Source: Chrysomallon squamiferum (Eukaryota > Animalia > Mollusca). From it: a stretch of 64,000 nt of DNA. The position numbers were made by a program, and so were the translations under genes. Location: positions 26,164,001 through 26,228,000 of the forward strand of contig CM022670.1 of the NCBI GenBank assembly GCA_012295275.1. Reading direction: 5' to 3'. The first letter of the stretch is position 1, and each line of letters opens with the position of its first letter. Positions 1 to 32,389 of this stretch are shown piece after piece. Under the pieces are notes generated by a model. That model worked only from the letters and a program-made list of their open reading frames with translations. It did not search any database and was not told where the DNA came from.

Positions 1-1801
1 TTTGGGGAATTATTATCAGACATTAACCAAGGCTAATTAAAAAATATATTACACTGATTCTTTTCAATAACGATTCATAATTATGGCAATACTTTTCGAA
101 CATATGTCTTTTACGTAATATTTTTAATACATTTTCCAAAGAAAACATTATTGACAAAGAAGCCATAACCTAATTAACTTAAGCTCTGCTTTAACATTAA
201 AACAAACATGATTTACATGTCTTGGCATTAATACTACAACTCTGTTCATATATTTTCCAAAATAAAATATTCATTTTTTAGTCTGATGGATATAGAGCAA
301 TCAGTAAATTTTCCGAATAGACTGCCTATCTTCCACTTATCTCAGAAAAATTATGTACCATTCGTAATTTATTGATTCGAAACTGAGGAAATCGTAGAGC
401 ATAATCTACAAGTGAGATCTACAGCAAGCACTTCCACTCCTCAATGCCTGCCCGACAGTCGTTAGTTTTTCCTTAAAAACTTTTGACAATTGTCAGACAA
501 AATGTCACCAAGGGGAGTCGCAGTGTTACATGAAAACAGTGTCGGCTCCGGAGGTAATGACCTGCAGCAAAGCTTTGGCAAAACGAGACGTTTAAAATCT
601 CATGAATATCAGATGTGAAGTCGCGTTGGCTTTCAAAGGCTGTTTTGTATTTTATCGATGTGTATCAAGTAATTGAAAACTGCACCCAGTCCCCGGGGAT
701 TACCTAGTCACACACTGAAACACTCACTTACTGTCTGGGTGGGGTGAAATAGCACACCTTGATTATTTTAACACCTTAAAAGAAGAAAAAAAAAAAGTTT
801 AAATGTTGATGATGTTAAGTATGACGACAACGATGACTTACTATCTAGCTTTAGTACGTGTATCAGTCATCCATCCATCGGAATGTACTTTATTAGGTAT
901 CCGTGTGTACCTACATACCTACCTGCCGGCCAACCCACTTCCCAGCCTGCGTACGAACCTGAATACGTAGTTGTATACATAAAGAGATATAGTTACTTAT
1001 TTCCTAAACAAACAAAAAATAAAAATAAAAAAATAAAAATAAAAAAATAAAAAAATAAAAAATAAAAACTGAACAGTTTGTCTTTAAAAAAAAATAAAAA
1101 TAAAGCATCAGAACAATAATAAATGAAAGACTGCAAGATTGACCAAATAAATAAATAAATAAATAAATTAATTAATTAAAATAAATGAATAAATGAGTAA
1201 ATAAATAAATAACCAAACTCTCTAAAGGACAAAGTTTTTCTGTCTATAAAATGGTTGTTTGTTAAAAGAAGTTTCAACACTCTGAACGTTTCTTAAATAC
1301 AAGATTGTGAAATACACAAAACGGAGCCAAATTAAATAACGAATCAACTGATTAATACAACACAATATAATTCCAAGTCATAAATAATTAACATATGCTT
1401 ACTTCTTTTTAGCAATAACTGTAAGTTTTAATTTAACTGTACTGAATATTTTTTTTTTTTTTACTTGGCCTTGACTATCAGTAATGCCGCCGTGCTTCAC
1501 AGTGACTGAAATAATTTACCTGTTCTGTTTTCTTATCTAATCAGCAGCAAATTTCTGTAATCTCGACATTTTATGAAAGGGTCAGTGAGTCCTAAACTGC
1601 GAGCAAAGCAGGTGTACTCAGGTGTGAAACTAAAAGTGTAGACAAAAATCAACACCACGTAATTATAATTCATTTATCCACGTGAAGGGAACGTCTGACA
1701 CGTTTTATTAGGGATGATGTCTGTTATTATTTTTCTTTTTATTGTGTGTTTCTAGCTTTTTGGATCTATGTATACCTTTCTACACGTTCATATCGGCAGA
1801 T

Positions 1802-1833
<32 letters not shown>

Positions 1834-2176
1834 TATATTTTTTTTTTGTGGGTTTAAAAGTAAATAAGTCTAAAGTTAAATTCATATTGCGTATTAGTTA
1901 TTTTTGAAAAAACAACAACGACACTCAAGACCATACAAAACTATAACACCACCACCACCACAACACCAGAACAACCACGATAACCACCACCATCCGCAAC
2001 AGTAATAATTAGTAATAAAAAGGACGGATAAAGGATTTAAGAATATAATTTTCAGTATGCAATAAATTTAATTGTATCTACAGAGAAAACATATCTTAAC
2101 ATGGCATCACCTCCAACAACAACAACAATAGCAACAACAATAATAATAATAACTATATTAATAGTAATAACAATAT

Positions 2177-2248
<72 letters not shown>

Positions 2249-3252
2249 AATAATAATAATAATGGGGCGGATACAGATTTAAATATATATGTAACATAGA
2301 ACAAATATTAATAACCACTTACAACATTAACCAGTGAAAGATATGTTGATTATTATACACAACTGAGTGGCTATAATTTACATATTATGAATCTCGTTCA
2401 GATGTATATATTACTGGAATGTTAACTGTGACACTGATTGGCAGAGAACCTGATTATCTTTATTAACTCGCCACTTAACCCTTATTACAGTGATTACTAT
2501 TGTTGTACGTTTTCTGACCAGGCTGGATAAACCAGGAAGGTCAGTGCAATATTTAATAACAGGTGTTTGTGAACACACAAGAACAAAACAGAAAACGACC
2601 GCGGTATAATAGTGACAATTATGACATGGGAAATGACTTCGTTATTTATTTAAATGTTGGTATTTTTGTATATGAGTATCGTGTGTATGTCTATGTTTAT
2701 GTGAGAAAATGCTTTTGTAGATATTTATAAAAAAAAAAAAAAAATCATATTTTTTTTTTAACTAAAGAATTAGAAGAAAAAAGAAGGTATCTGGAGTTAC
2801 AATGTTTCTGCGAGTATAAACCATATCAACTATTTAATTCGAAAAAAGAAAAAGCTGGTTTATTTCAGAAAATGTTATATTTTGTAATTCATTTTTTTTT
2901 TTTCTATATAAATAAATCATCTTTAACACATTTTCTGCGTTGCTACGAAAGCAAAATTCAATTATTATCAACATCATCAACATTGCTATTATTATTATTA
3001 TTAATTATTATTATTATTCGTAAGCTATATGTTCGGGTTTCGTTCTAGGTTTCAGTTCAGAAATATGGCATCAACACAACTGTTCAGCTCTAAAATTATG
3101 TGAAATAAGGTTTTCGAGTATTGAAATGTTTTCCAGGAACTGGTAAAAAAATGTATTATCTAATTTGAGGTTAATAATTTTTCGATGATGAAAATAATCC
3201 AGGCTAACTATAATTCAGTTGTTACATGCTCTATATAATAATAATAATAATA

Positions 3253-3352
<100 letters not shown>

Positions 3353-3983
3353 ATAAGAATAAAGTTCTAAGAGTTATCTCTCGTAACTAACTACTGTCTT
3401 TGCAGATAACTGAATTTCACTTCTGTTTTCGTAGTGTAGGAAAGTGTTCATTACTGTGGCAGTTGTTTATAACTGTGAAATACAAACGAAAGTCTTGAAA
3501 AAACGTGTATTTATTACAAAATTAAACAGAAAGAAAATACATTTCAACTGGGTAATCTGTTATCTTTATATATGTATATATTTAACGAATCAAACGATTT
3601 AGGAACGTATCATGATTTAGTTCTGTATATGTCATAAAAATAAATTTCAGTTTATAATTTCATATTCTTGAGTAAATAAAAGTCCACAGCATATACACTG
3701 AGGTATTCCGCGTTTTTCAACAACAACAACAACAACAACAACAAACAACCCCCCTCAAAATGTAAAAAAAAAAAAAAAAAATAGAGAGTAAAATACAAAA
3801 ATAAATAAATAAATAAAAACAGAGAGTAAAATACAAAAATAAATAAATAAATAAAAACAAAGAGTAAAATACAAAAATAAATAAATATATATATATAAAT
3901 ATTGAAATAAACAAGATTTTATTTAGGTTTTAACATTTTCTTGATTAGAAGAAGAACACGAATGATGGATACACACTGACGTT

Positions 3984-12877
<8,894 letters not shown>

Positions 12878-13036
12878 CACAAAGACGTATGAGAGAGAAC
12901 CAGCAAGGAAAAATGAAAACACAACGATCACTCACAATACGCGATAGTGTTCCGTGAAGCGTGACCTACATGTGCATGTTAAACACAGCGCTTCTGCACA
13001 CAGCTGACTGACCACAAGCGACCTTGACTCCGCAGC

Positions 13037-13044
13037 TATTTATA
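13037..13044 (-). promoter_or_regulatory. TATA box of AADAT copy 1
   Basis: TATAAATA on the minus strand, 160 nt upstream of the ATG, in a block conserved between copies. Confidence 0.6.
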
Positions 13045-13265
13045 ACAGATTAACGATGTCCCGGATCGTATCCCAGTATCGGATCCACTGTTATAATGTT
13101 ACAGTTACTCGTTTTTAACTCCAGTATCTTTATAAAATACCATCCTCTCCCTCGTATATCCACATATGTAACAGGGAGGAAATACAATAGAAGTATACTT
13201 TAAAATGCAATGAAAGAATAATACAGAAAGTGAAATTTTAAAGAAATTTTGTTTATTTAAGAATG

Positions 13266-13298
<33 letters not shown>

Positions 13299-13826
13299 AC
13301 TTCTTTTTTCTACTATCGCTAATACTACAACTATTGTTTTTGTTACATTTATTGCTATGTCATTGTTTATATATATTTTGTGGCTGTTATTGTTTTTATT
13401 ATTATATGTATAATAAAATAGTATTAGTGAAAAAGACAAACTTCGACGCTCTACAGCATTATGTAAATAAATAAAATGAATGTTAAGTAAATACTGTTTT
13501 TAATTTCTGTGACTTTTCCAAACATGATGAGTACTTTATTCATAAACACGATCATTCATGTCCTTGCTTACTCAAATTTAAATATTTTAATTTTTGAAGT
13601 TAGACTTGCCAACTAAACGATAGTTATATCGGTAATAAAATAATTAAACATTCTTCTTCTTATAATTCCTTTTATATTTTCTGTATCCCTTGTAATGAAT
13701 TAAATTTTTAAAAAGTTCTTTTCGGTTTGTATTTTTAAAAGGAAATTTGTCATAATAATTACGTTCGTGCTATATTTTTAATTATAGAAATATAGTGTTC
13801 AGCACTAGAAAAATTTTTTCCTTCAG

Positions 13827-13942
13827 CATCGCAGAATTTATAAAACGCTGACCGAACCACAACGTCGACTGCAATGTCCTCCAAGAATGGACAACAACGA
13901 GCTGCCTAGCAGCTTTGACGTCATCATTATTACTGGACGAAT
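13827..13942 (+). pseudogene. Isolated relic of one copy-4 AADAT exon (LQRRLHCPP...SSFDVII exon)
   Basis: Near-identical to 44972-45090 (gaatttataaaa..gctgaccgaac..caacgtcgactgca..gtcctcc..aatggacaacaacgagctgcctagcagctttgacgtcatcatt). It is preceded by a ttcag acceptor, has a 1-nt deletion and is truncated at the 3' end. Confidence 0.88.
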
Positions 13943-14189
13943 CAATTATTGAGTTTTATGAAGTCCGAGTTTTAAGAATTTAGCTCATTGGCTTCACCAC
14001 TGCAGCATCCGTATTCAGTTTGTTTCACTACAGACAGACTTTGTTTTTATTTCAATGATTATTATGTTTCTGACGACTAGTGTCTCGTATTTCACTGATC
14101 ATACATTTAAACCATAGCTAAACACAGATATAACATAAAAGTTCCTGTACCTAACAAAAAACAAAACAAAAAAAAACAACAACATGAAA

Positions 14190-15460
14190 ACTGATTTCTA
14201 TTTGTAAAGGATCGCAGTGGAGTTGCGTGACAAAAACGTGGAGCAGAAAGTGCACCACAGTCGGCAATTTTAAACGGAACACATCAGAACACAAGACATC
14301 AGGTGATCCGAATGTTGCTCATTTTACGGAAGCAAGCAAAAGAAGAAACAATACCAATGCATCAAATATACAATGATGAGGTTGCAAAGGAAGCATCAAA
14401 CTTTCCAAGTATGAGCAATGCACGGTCCAGTCAGCGACGAGCTCAGTTATCACGCGATGGAAATGAAGATAATATGCTCCTGTTCTCTGCAGATGAGCAA
14501 ATCGTAGCTCTAGAGGTTGCATAATCCATCTTACCAATAATTTTCGGAACCAATTATATATCATCCATGCTATGTATCCCCTTGTGTTTGCTCTTCTTCC
14601 TAACAGAAGATAACATACAGTGGACTGTTCAGTTTGGTGAAGAATCATGTACTACAATCATTAAACCGACCTCTTTCTCCAGTTAAAGTTCAGACTGACT
14701 TTGAGATGGCTGAAATCCAGGCAGTTGGGACTGAATTTCCACAACTGAGGTGAATGGATGCTTTTTTTCACTTCACACAGGCCATTTGGATCTATGTCTT
14801 GTTGTTCTGTATAAATATGATCCAGATGTACAGACATGGATTCGGAAGGCTGCTGGACAACCACATTTGCAGGATGCTTGGTTCGAAGCCACGAATACCG
14901 GACCTTGTGCTCCACAGGCGGAGATTCCTTTTGATTTTGCGGATCCATCGTCTGACCACACAAACAATAATCTGGAGGGATTTCATTCCAGAATGAACAG
15001 GTCAATTCAATTTCACCATCCAAATATATACAGAACTGTACAATTGATAGAAGGAATAGAAATATCTGATCGTGTTAAATTGAAACAGATAAATTTTGGA
15101 GCTGCCCCACACCTCCCCATCAAGAAAGAGAGTTTATAAACAGACGGAAAATAGACTCGTGAGACTGAAGGCACAGTTAACCTTTGGCCAGAAAACACCC
15201 ATTCAGTTCTTGGATGCCGTTGGACATCTTTTAAAATTAGCATAAAAATGCGTCAAATGTGCATGTTAAAATATATAAATAAATTTAATTTTATATAATT
15301 TTGTTGTCTGTTCTGTATTTATTTGTATCAGACTATTCCATTATTTTACTATATATATATTATTCAAGGTAAACGGCAGATCTTCGTTAATGCGCTCAAC
15401 CGTGTTTTGTTTTTTTAATGCGTCTGCGTTACGAGACGTCTGACTTTTGGGAGGACACCA
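14190..15460 (+). mobile_element. Degenerate Mutator-like (MULE) transposase remnant, copy A
   Basis: Frameshifted fragments: QLYIIHAMYPLVFALLP, VQTDFEMAEIQAV...FP, GCFF.HFTQAIW, TNNNLEGFHSRMN...HHPNIY. These are characteristic MULE DDE transposase motifs. Boundaries are approximate. Confidence 0.85.
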
Positions 15461-16002
15461 TGTCACTGGGATGTTAACTGTGACGCTGCTTGGCAGAGAA
15501 CCTGATTATCTTTATTAACTCGCCACTTAACCCTTATTACAGTGATTACTATTGTTGTACGTTTTCTGACCAGGCTGGATAAACCAGGATGGTCAGTGTA
15601 ATATTTAATAACAGGTGTTTTTGAACACATAAAAACAAAACAGAAAGCGGCGCAGTATAATGATTATATGACATGGAAAATAAATTCGTTATACATACTT
15701 AAATGTTGGTATGTTTTCTATACTCGTCTGAGTGAGTGTATGCGAGAAAATGCTTCTATAGGTTTTTATAATTTTTATAATTTTTTTTTTTTTTTTTTTT
15801 TTATTTATTTTTTTTTTTTTTTTTTTAAAGTAAACTATTAAAAAATGAAGAAGCAGAAGAATAAATGAAGGAATCAGGAGTTACAATCTTCCTGCGAGTA
15901 TAAACCTAGTATGATTGCATATCAACTATTTCATTCGAAAAAACAAAAATCTGTAGTTTGCAAGAAAATTTTATATATACTCTGTTATTATTATCACCAT
16001 CA

Positions 16003-16074
<72 letters not shown>

Positions 16075-16315
16075 CTTAGTAGTAGTAGTAGTAGTATTCA
16101 TAAATGACATCAAGACAACTGTTCAGCCCTGAACCGGTTCTGAAATAAAGTCTCCGAGTATTCAGATATTTTACTGGAACTGGTAAAACGTTTCTTATCT
16201 AATTTGAGCTTAATTATCATTCGTTGATGAAAATAATCTAGGCCAATTAATTAAATGTTCTGCATTATATAGAATATAATTTTCTATATTTGTATTAATA
16301 ATAATAATAATAATA

Positions 16316-16393
<78 letters not shown>

Positions 16394-16966
16394 ATCATTA
16401 GAATAAATAAGAGTTATCTCTCCTAACTAATGCCTTTGTAAGTAACTATGAATTTCATTTTTGTTTTCGTAGTGTAGGAAAGTTTTAATTACTGTGGCAA
16501 TTGTTTATAATAAAATTATATTGTGAAATACAAACGAAAGTCTTGAAAAAACCTGTGTTTATTTGACAGAAAGAAAATACATTTCAACTGTATAATCGGT
16601 TATCTTTATATATCGTTTTTTTTAAAGACTCAAACGATGTAGGAACAAATCCTGATTTAGTTCTGTAAGTGTTATAAAAATAAATTTCCATTCATAATTT
16701 CAAATTCTTGAGTAAATAAGGTCCACAGCATATGCATTGAGGTATTCCGCTTTGTTTTATTTTATTGTTTTTTTAAAGAATCAAACGATTTAGAAATGAA
16801 TAGTGATTATGTTCTGTAACTGTTATAAAAATAAATTTCTGTTCGTAATTTCATGTTCTTATATATATGTATTAATATTTAAATAAACAAGATTTTATTT
16901 TAATTTTTGTTTTAATATTTTCCAGAATAGAAGAAGGACATGGTTGGTGTATAAACACAGTCGTTT

Positions 16967-25672
<8,706 letters not shown>

Positions 25673-26589
25673 CACAAAGAAGAATGAGAGAGAACCAGCA
25701 ATTAAAAATGTATCAACGATCAATCAGAATATGCGCATGTGCATGTTAAAGAAAACACTTCAGCAAACAGTATGCTGATCATAATCAACCTTGACCCCGT
25801 AATTATTTATCACAGATTAACGATGTCCCGGATCATGTCCCAATATCGGATCCAGTGTTATAATGTTACAGTTACTCGTTTTTAACTCCAGTATCTTTAT
25901 AAAATACCCTCCTCTCCTCGTATATCCACATATGTAACAGGGAGGAAATACAATAAAAGTATACTTTAAAATGCAATGAAAGAATAATACAGAAATTTTC
26001 TTTATGTCATTTTTTTGGTTTATTTAAGAATGTAATCTTTCTCCTCCTCCTCATCATCATCAACTTCGTCTCGTTCTTCTTTTTCTATTACTGCTGTTAC
26101 TACAACCTTATTGTGTTTTTCCTGTGGTCATTATCATAATCATCTTCTTCTTTTTCTTTTTCTACTATTACTACTACTACTACTACTACTACTGCTGCTA
26201 CTACTACTACTACTACTAGTACAACTATTGTTGTTGTTGTTATTATTGTCATGTCGTTGTTTATATCTATGTAACAGGTATATAGATAGATAGTTAGACA
26301 GATAGATAGATAAATAAATGATTAAATAAATAAAATAAAGTTGTATTCTTAAAGTGATTATGAATTTATCAAAAAATTATTTTTGTTTAAAATATCTTCT
26401 CAAATGATCTACATTTTCAAGACATCTGTAAATGTATTTAAATTCAGAAAAGTTTTCATGTAAAAATAACGTAATTTCTATACATGTTTTTGTATATATA
26501 TAATACACATTTTCTATATATATATATGATTGTTACTGTTTTTATTATTATATGTATACTTAAATATTATTAGTGAAAACGACATTATA

Positions 26590-26620
<31 letters not shown>

Positions 26621-26970
26621 AATGAATGTTAAGTAAATACTGTTTTTAATTTCTGTGACTTTTCCAAACATGATGAATACTTTATTCATAAACACGGTCA
26701 TTCATTTCCTTGCTTAGTCAAATTTAAATATTTTAATTTTAAAAGTTAGACTTGCCAACTAAACAATAGTTATATCGGTAATAAAATAATTAAATATTCT
26801 TCTTCTTATAATTCCTTTTATATTTTCTGTATCCCTTGTAATGAATTAAATTTTAAAAAAGTTCTTTTCGGTTTACTTTTTAAATGGAAATTTGTCATAA
26901 TAATTACGTTCGTGGTATATTTTTAATTATAGAAATATAGTGTTCAGCACTAGAAAATATTTTCCTTCAG

Positions 26971-27088
26971 CCTCGCAGAATTTATAAAATGGCTGACCGA
27001 ACCATAACGTCGACTGCAATGTCCTCCAAGAATGGACAACAACGAGCTGCCTAGCAGCTTTGACGTCATCATTATTACTGGACGAATC
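26971..27088 (+). pseudogene. Second relic of the same copy-4 AADAT exon
   Basis: Same homology to 44972-45090, with an in-frame TAA (CCA TAA CGT) and the same 3' truncation. Confidence 0.88.
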
Positions 27089-27327
27089 AATTACTGAGTT
27101 TTATGAAGTCCGAGTTTTAAGAATTTAGCTCATTGGCTTCACCACTGCAACATTCGTATTCAGTTTGTTTCACTACAGACAGACTTTGTTTTTATATCAA
27201 TGATTATTATGTCTCTAACGACAAATGTCTTGTATTTCATTAAAACCATAGCCAACCATAGACAAAACATAAAAGTTCTTATGCATTAACTACATGTACC
27301 TATAAAAAAAGATTCCAATTTTTAGTC

Positions 27328-28580
27328 ATGGCTTGTCTTAGAAGGGTAGAATTTGTTCAGTCACAAAAAGGTATACCACAAATTGGACGGATTTCTATTT
27401 GCAAAGAATCGCACTGGAGATGCGAGTTCTGTTGCCTGCCCTATCACAGACTAGTGCCGATGTCAACATAGAAGAACCATGGACACAGAAAAACGAGGGA
27501 AGGGGCTCCCTGTCATCTGACGATGGAAAGGAAGATAATATGCTCCTGTTCTCTGCAGATGAGCACATCGTAGCTCTATGGGTTGCAAAATCCATTTTTA
27601 TGGATGGAACTTTCTCTTCTTGACCAGTATTGTGAAACCAATTATATATCATCCATGCTATGAACAGAGCCACTATGTATACCGTTGTGTTTGCTCTTCT
27701 TCCTAAGAAACAGAGGATAATATACAGTAGACTGTTCAGTTTGCTGAAGAATCATGTACTACAATCATTAAACCGACCTTTTTCTCCAGTTAAAGTTCAG
27801 ACTGACTTTGAGATGGCTGAAATCCAGGCAGTTGGGACTGAATTGACACAACTGAGATGAATGGATGCCTTTTACCTTTCACACAGGCCATTTGGAGAAA
27901 AACTCAAGATCTATGTCTTGTTGTTCTGTATAAATATGATCCAGATGTACAGACATGGATTCGGAAGGCTGCTGGACAACCACATTTGCAGGATGCTTGG
28001 TTCGAAGCCACGAATACCGGACCTTGTGCTCCACAGGCGGAGATTCCTTTTGATTTTGCGGATCCATCGTCTGACCACACAAACAATAATCTGGAGTGAT
28101 TTCATTCCAGAATGAACAGGTCAATTCAATTTCACCATCCAAATATATACAGAACTGGAGAATTGAAAAAGGAATAGAAATATCTGATCGTGTTAAATTG
28201 AAACAGATAAATTTTGGAGCTGCCCCACACCTCCCCATCAAGAAAGAGAGTTTATAAACAGACGGAAAATAGACTCGTGAGACTGAAGGCACAGTTAACC
28301 TTTGGCCAGAAAACACCAATTCAGTTCTTGGATGCCGTTGGACATCTTTTAAAATTAGCATAAAAATGCGTCAAATGTACATGTTAAAATATATAAATAA
28401 AATTAATTTTATATAATTTTGTTGTCTGTTCTGTATTTATTTGTATCAGACTATTCCATTATTTTACTATATATATATTATTCAAGGTAAACGGCAAATC
28501 TTCGTTAATGCGCTCAACCGTGTTTTGTGTTGTTTTAATGCGTCTGCGTTACGAGACGTCTGACTTTTGGGAGGACACCA
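27328..28580 (+). mobile_element. Degenerate MULE transposase remnant, copy B
   Basis: SIFMDGTF (first catalytic Asp motif), QLYIIHA, VFALLPKKQRIIYSRLF, TDFEMA and TNNNLE, interrupted by stops and frameshifts. The 3' half is nearly identical to copy A. Confidence 0.87.
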
Positions 28581-28985
28581 TGTCACTGGGATGTTAACTG
28601 TGACGCTGATTGGCAGAGAACCTGATTATCTTTATTAACTCGCCACTTAACCCTTATTACAGTGATTACTATTGTTGTACGTTTTCTGACCAGGCTGGAT
28701 AAACCAGGATGGTCAGTGTAATATTTAATAACAGGTGTTTGTGAGTTTTATAATTTTTATAATTTTTTTAATTTATTTATTTATTGTTTTTTTTTTTTTT
28801 TTTTTTTTTTTTAAAGTAAACTATTAAAAAATGAAGAATAAAAGAAGGAATCAGGAGTTACAATCTTCCTGCGAGTATAAACCTAGTATGATTGCATATC
28901 ATTCATTCAACTATTTCATTCGAAAAAAACAAGAAAATTTGCAAGAAAATTTTATATATACTACTGTTATTATTATCATCATCAA

Positions 28986-29048
<63 letters not shown>

Positions 29049-29256
29049 CGTAGTAGTAGTAGTCATAAATGACATCAAGACAACTGTTCAGCCCTGAACC
29101 GGTTTTGAAATAAAGTCTCCGAGTATTCAAATATTTTACTGGAACTGGTAAAACGTTTCTTATCTAATTTGAGCTTAATTATCATTCGTTGATGAAAATA
29201 ATCTAGGCCAGTTAATTAAATGTTCTGCATTATATAGAATATAATTTTCTACATTT

Positions 29257-29377
<121 letters not shown>

Positions 29378-29754
29378 GATAATTAGAATAAAGTTCTAAG
29401 AGTTATCTCTCCTAACTAATGCCTTTGTAAGTAACTATGAATTTCATTTTTGTTTTCGTAGTGTAGGAAAGTTTTAATTACTGTGGCAATTGTTTATAAC
29501 AAAATTATATTGTGAAATACAAACGAAAGTCTTGAAAAAACCTGTGTTTATTTGACAGAAAGAAAATACATTTCAACTGTATAATCGGTTATCTTTATTT
29601 ATATATATATATATATATATTTTTTTTAAAGACTCAGTCGATGTAGGAACAAGTCCTGATTTAGTTCTGTAAGTGTTATAAAAATAAATTTCCATTCATA
29701 ATTTCATATTCTTGAGTAAATAAGGTTCACAGCATATGCATTGAGGTATTCCGC

Positions 29755-29799
<45 letters not shown>

Positions 29800-29972
29800 A
29801 TCAAACGATGTAGGAACGAATCATGATTATGTTCTGTAACTGTTATAAAAATAAATTTCTGTTCATAATTTCATGTTCTTGGGTAAATAAAGTCCATAGC
29901 ATATACACTGAGGTATTCCCCGTTTTTAAACAACAAAAACAACAACAAAGAATAAATAAACAAACAAACAAA

Positions 29973-30019
<47 letters not shown>

Positions 30020-31410
30020 ATATATATATATATATTAATATTTAAATAAACAAGATTTTATTTTAATTTTTGTTTTAATATTTTCCAGAATAGAAGAAGG
30101 ACATGGTTGGTGTATAAACACAGTCGTTTTTAATCTTCTTTTTGTTCTTCTCTTAATACAGTCGCCAAAATAGCCATAGCCTGAAACAGTCATCGTAACT
30201 TGTATTAAAACAAAAGTATAAAAAATTACTGACTGAAAGACATATCAAAACTGGTAACAACAACAACAATAACGATGATGATGATGTTCATATAAAAGAA
30301 AGAGTGAACTGATTTAAGTTTCACCTTAACATTTGTTTGTTTATTGTTTTGTTTTTAAATCATATTTATACGACTGTTATGAAAGAAAAAAAAAAAAACT
30401 CGTTGTCGTCATAAATTGTGGCATTCCTACCGATTATCAACCTGAGATATTTATAACTGCTGATTGCAGGAGTCACCTCACTGTGCCCTGTTGTTATATA
30501 TTACTGAAGCAGTCAAGGATAGCAAATGATGAAACACTAGGGGATTACAGTACAGTTTATTTCCCCAAAGACCAACAGTGGACTAACATGTCACAGTCCA
30601 ATAAAATGGAAGGCGGAATCAACATATTCTGTTGCAGATTTCTGTCCTGTCAAGAGGAACATTTGCTGTTGGCGTATATCAAAGTCGAATTGCCAACATT
30701 TCACCAGATCTTAATTGTAAAACTGCAGCTTCAACAAAAGCCTATTCTGTCGTAATCATATTTATGAATTTAAAAATGTTCGGTGACAGAGTCCGCAAAC
30801 CTTAAAACTAGTGGATCCTCTAGATCTTCTTGGATTCTGTGTGTGTTCACTTTAATGACACTGACAATAGCGACTGAAGCGTTCAGCCGTATCACTTAAT
30901 TCCTTACTAATCCCTACAGAGTGTGGACACAGTGGGGTTAAACTCTGACTGTAATAGAAAATACCTGTAGAGCGCATTGAAAGATGATCTGTTATATGCC
31001 ACGTCTTCTAAGGTCATGCTCTAAATGACAAATTATGTCAACTTAACGAAACGCATTGAGAAAATACCAACAGTCAGTGAACAACGACATAAATACAAAT
31101 TTTGAAGCAACCTTTTCAAATTCTTCATCGCTGTTCACAGAGAAGGACATTCTGATGTATTCTGAGGGCTTCATCCCGGAAGCAAAGAAAGCGCCATCTG
31201 TAAATATCGCGCCCCTTTCCAGTGTCTTGGCGACTACTTTAGTACTGTCTTTGACACCTAGCATATGCATCCATAAAAACATACCACCATCAGGTTGTTT
31301 CCATTCAGCGAGACCTCGAAAAATCATATGAATAATTATTAAATCAATAACAGCAACAACCAAAAAAAACCCACTAAACTAAAACAACAGAATGCATTAA
31401 ATATCTGGTA

Positions 31411-31656
31411 CAGATACCGGACCAATTATCCGGACTCCTCGAGGCCTGAGCCATTCCGGATTTCCAGATTTTCCGGTTTTTGATACCAAGGCATCAAAAT
31501 ACGTAAATAATTAGGCATAAACATTTTAAAATTAAAAACATAAAGAAAATTGACGATTCTGTGGCGAGTGAATGAACGCCACGCGGCTTGAAAGAGTAGT
31601 TCCGGAAAATAGCGTCGGGAAAAAACTTCCGGATTCCGGAACTGGTCGGGTACCTG
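31411..31656. mobile_element. Same Tc1/mariner-type MITE in copy 3
   Basis: Same termini and TA flanks at the equivalent intronic position. Confidence 0.78.
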
Positions 31657-32358
31657 TATACATTTGCTAATTATTAAAAAAGAAATACATGTGTATATTT
31701 ATCGCATCACACATCGTTTGGTTACATAAGAGCAAACGTGTATATCTAAAAATCAATGAAAATATTCTATAAATACATATTTTGGAATAGATTCAACGTG
31801 TTTAGAACAGTATTAGCGTGTACTAAAATATACTGCTTCTAATTATATATGATATAAGCAAACCAACCACCCCACCCATGTATATCAATTTTAGGGTGTT
31901 TTATTTATCATCATTTAGTCCTTGAAAAAAAATAAAAATTCTATAACAGGAAGTAACTAAATATTTCATACTTTCTTTCATGAATATGAACAAAATCAAA
32001 GTTTCAGTATTATCAGAGTTCAAGTTTCAGTCAGGTATATAAACATTTGGAGAAGTCTTATTACATTACTTGTATTTATTAATTTGAAAAATCCAAATTT
32101 ACCTTTAAGATGTTTCTCAGCTGCTTTGCAGGCCTTCTCCGCTCTTTCTTTATAAAAATTCGCAATTTTATCTCCATGTTGGAGATATCCATCATAACCC
32201 ATATGCTGCAGAACTTTCAGAATAAAAATCTAAATAGAAATAAAAAATAAAACAAGTTTAAATTAATCAAAACATCCTTCAATGATTTCTTTATTCTCAG
32301 ATTCATCAAAAAAAAAAAAATAAATAAAAAAAAAAAAAATAAATAAATAAAAAAAAAA

Positions 32359-32389
<31 letters not shown>

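Noticed and set aside
300-780. Higher-complexity segment that might be an exon or a SINE/transposon fragment
   Set aside because: I found no recognisable peptide in the frames examined and no clear termini or A/B boxes, so it is left unannotated.
2052-2318. Poly-Cys, poly-Leu, (SL)n, (ER)n, poly-Asn and (HT)n ORFs here and throughout the ORF track
   Set aside because: These are translations of microsatellites with no coding or splice support.
30333-30755. 140-aa plus-strand ORF in the last intron of copy 3 (partial counterpart at 17298-17492)
   Set aside because: No recognisable motif, a non-ATG start, and the copy-2 version is broken by deletions and a stop.
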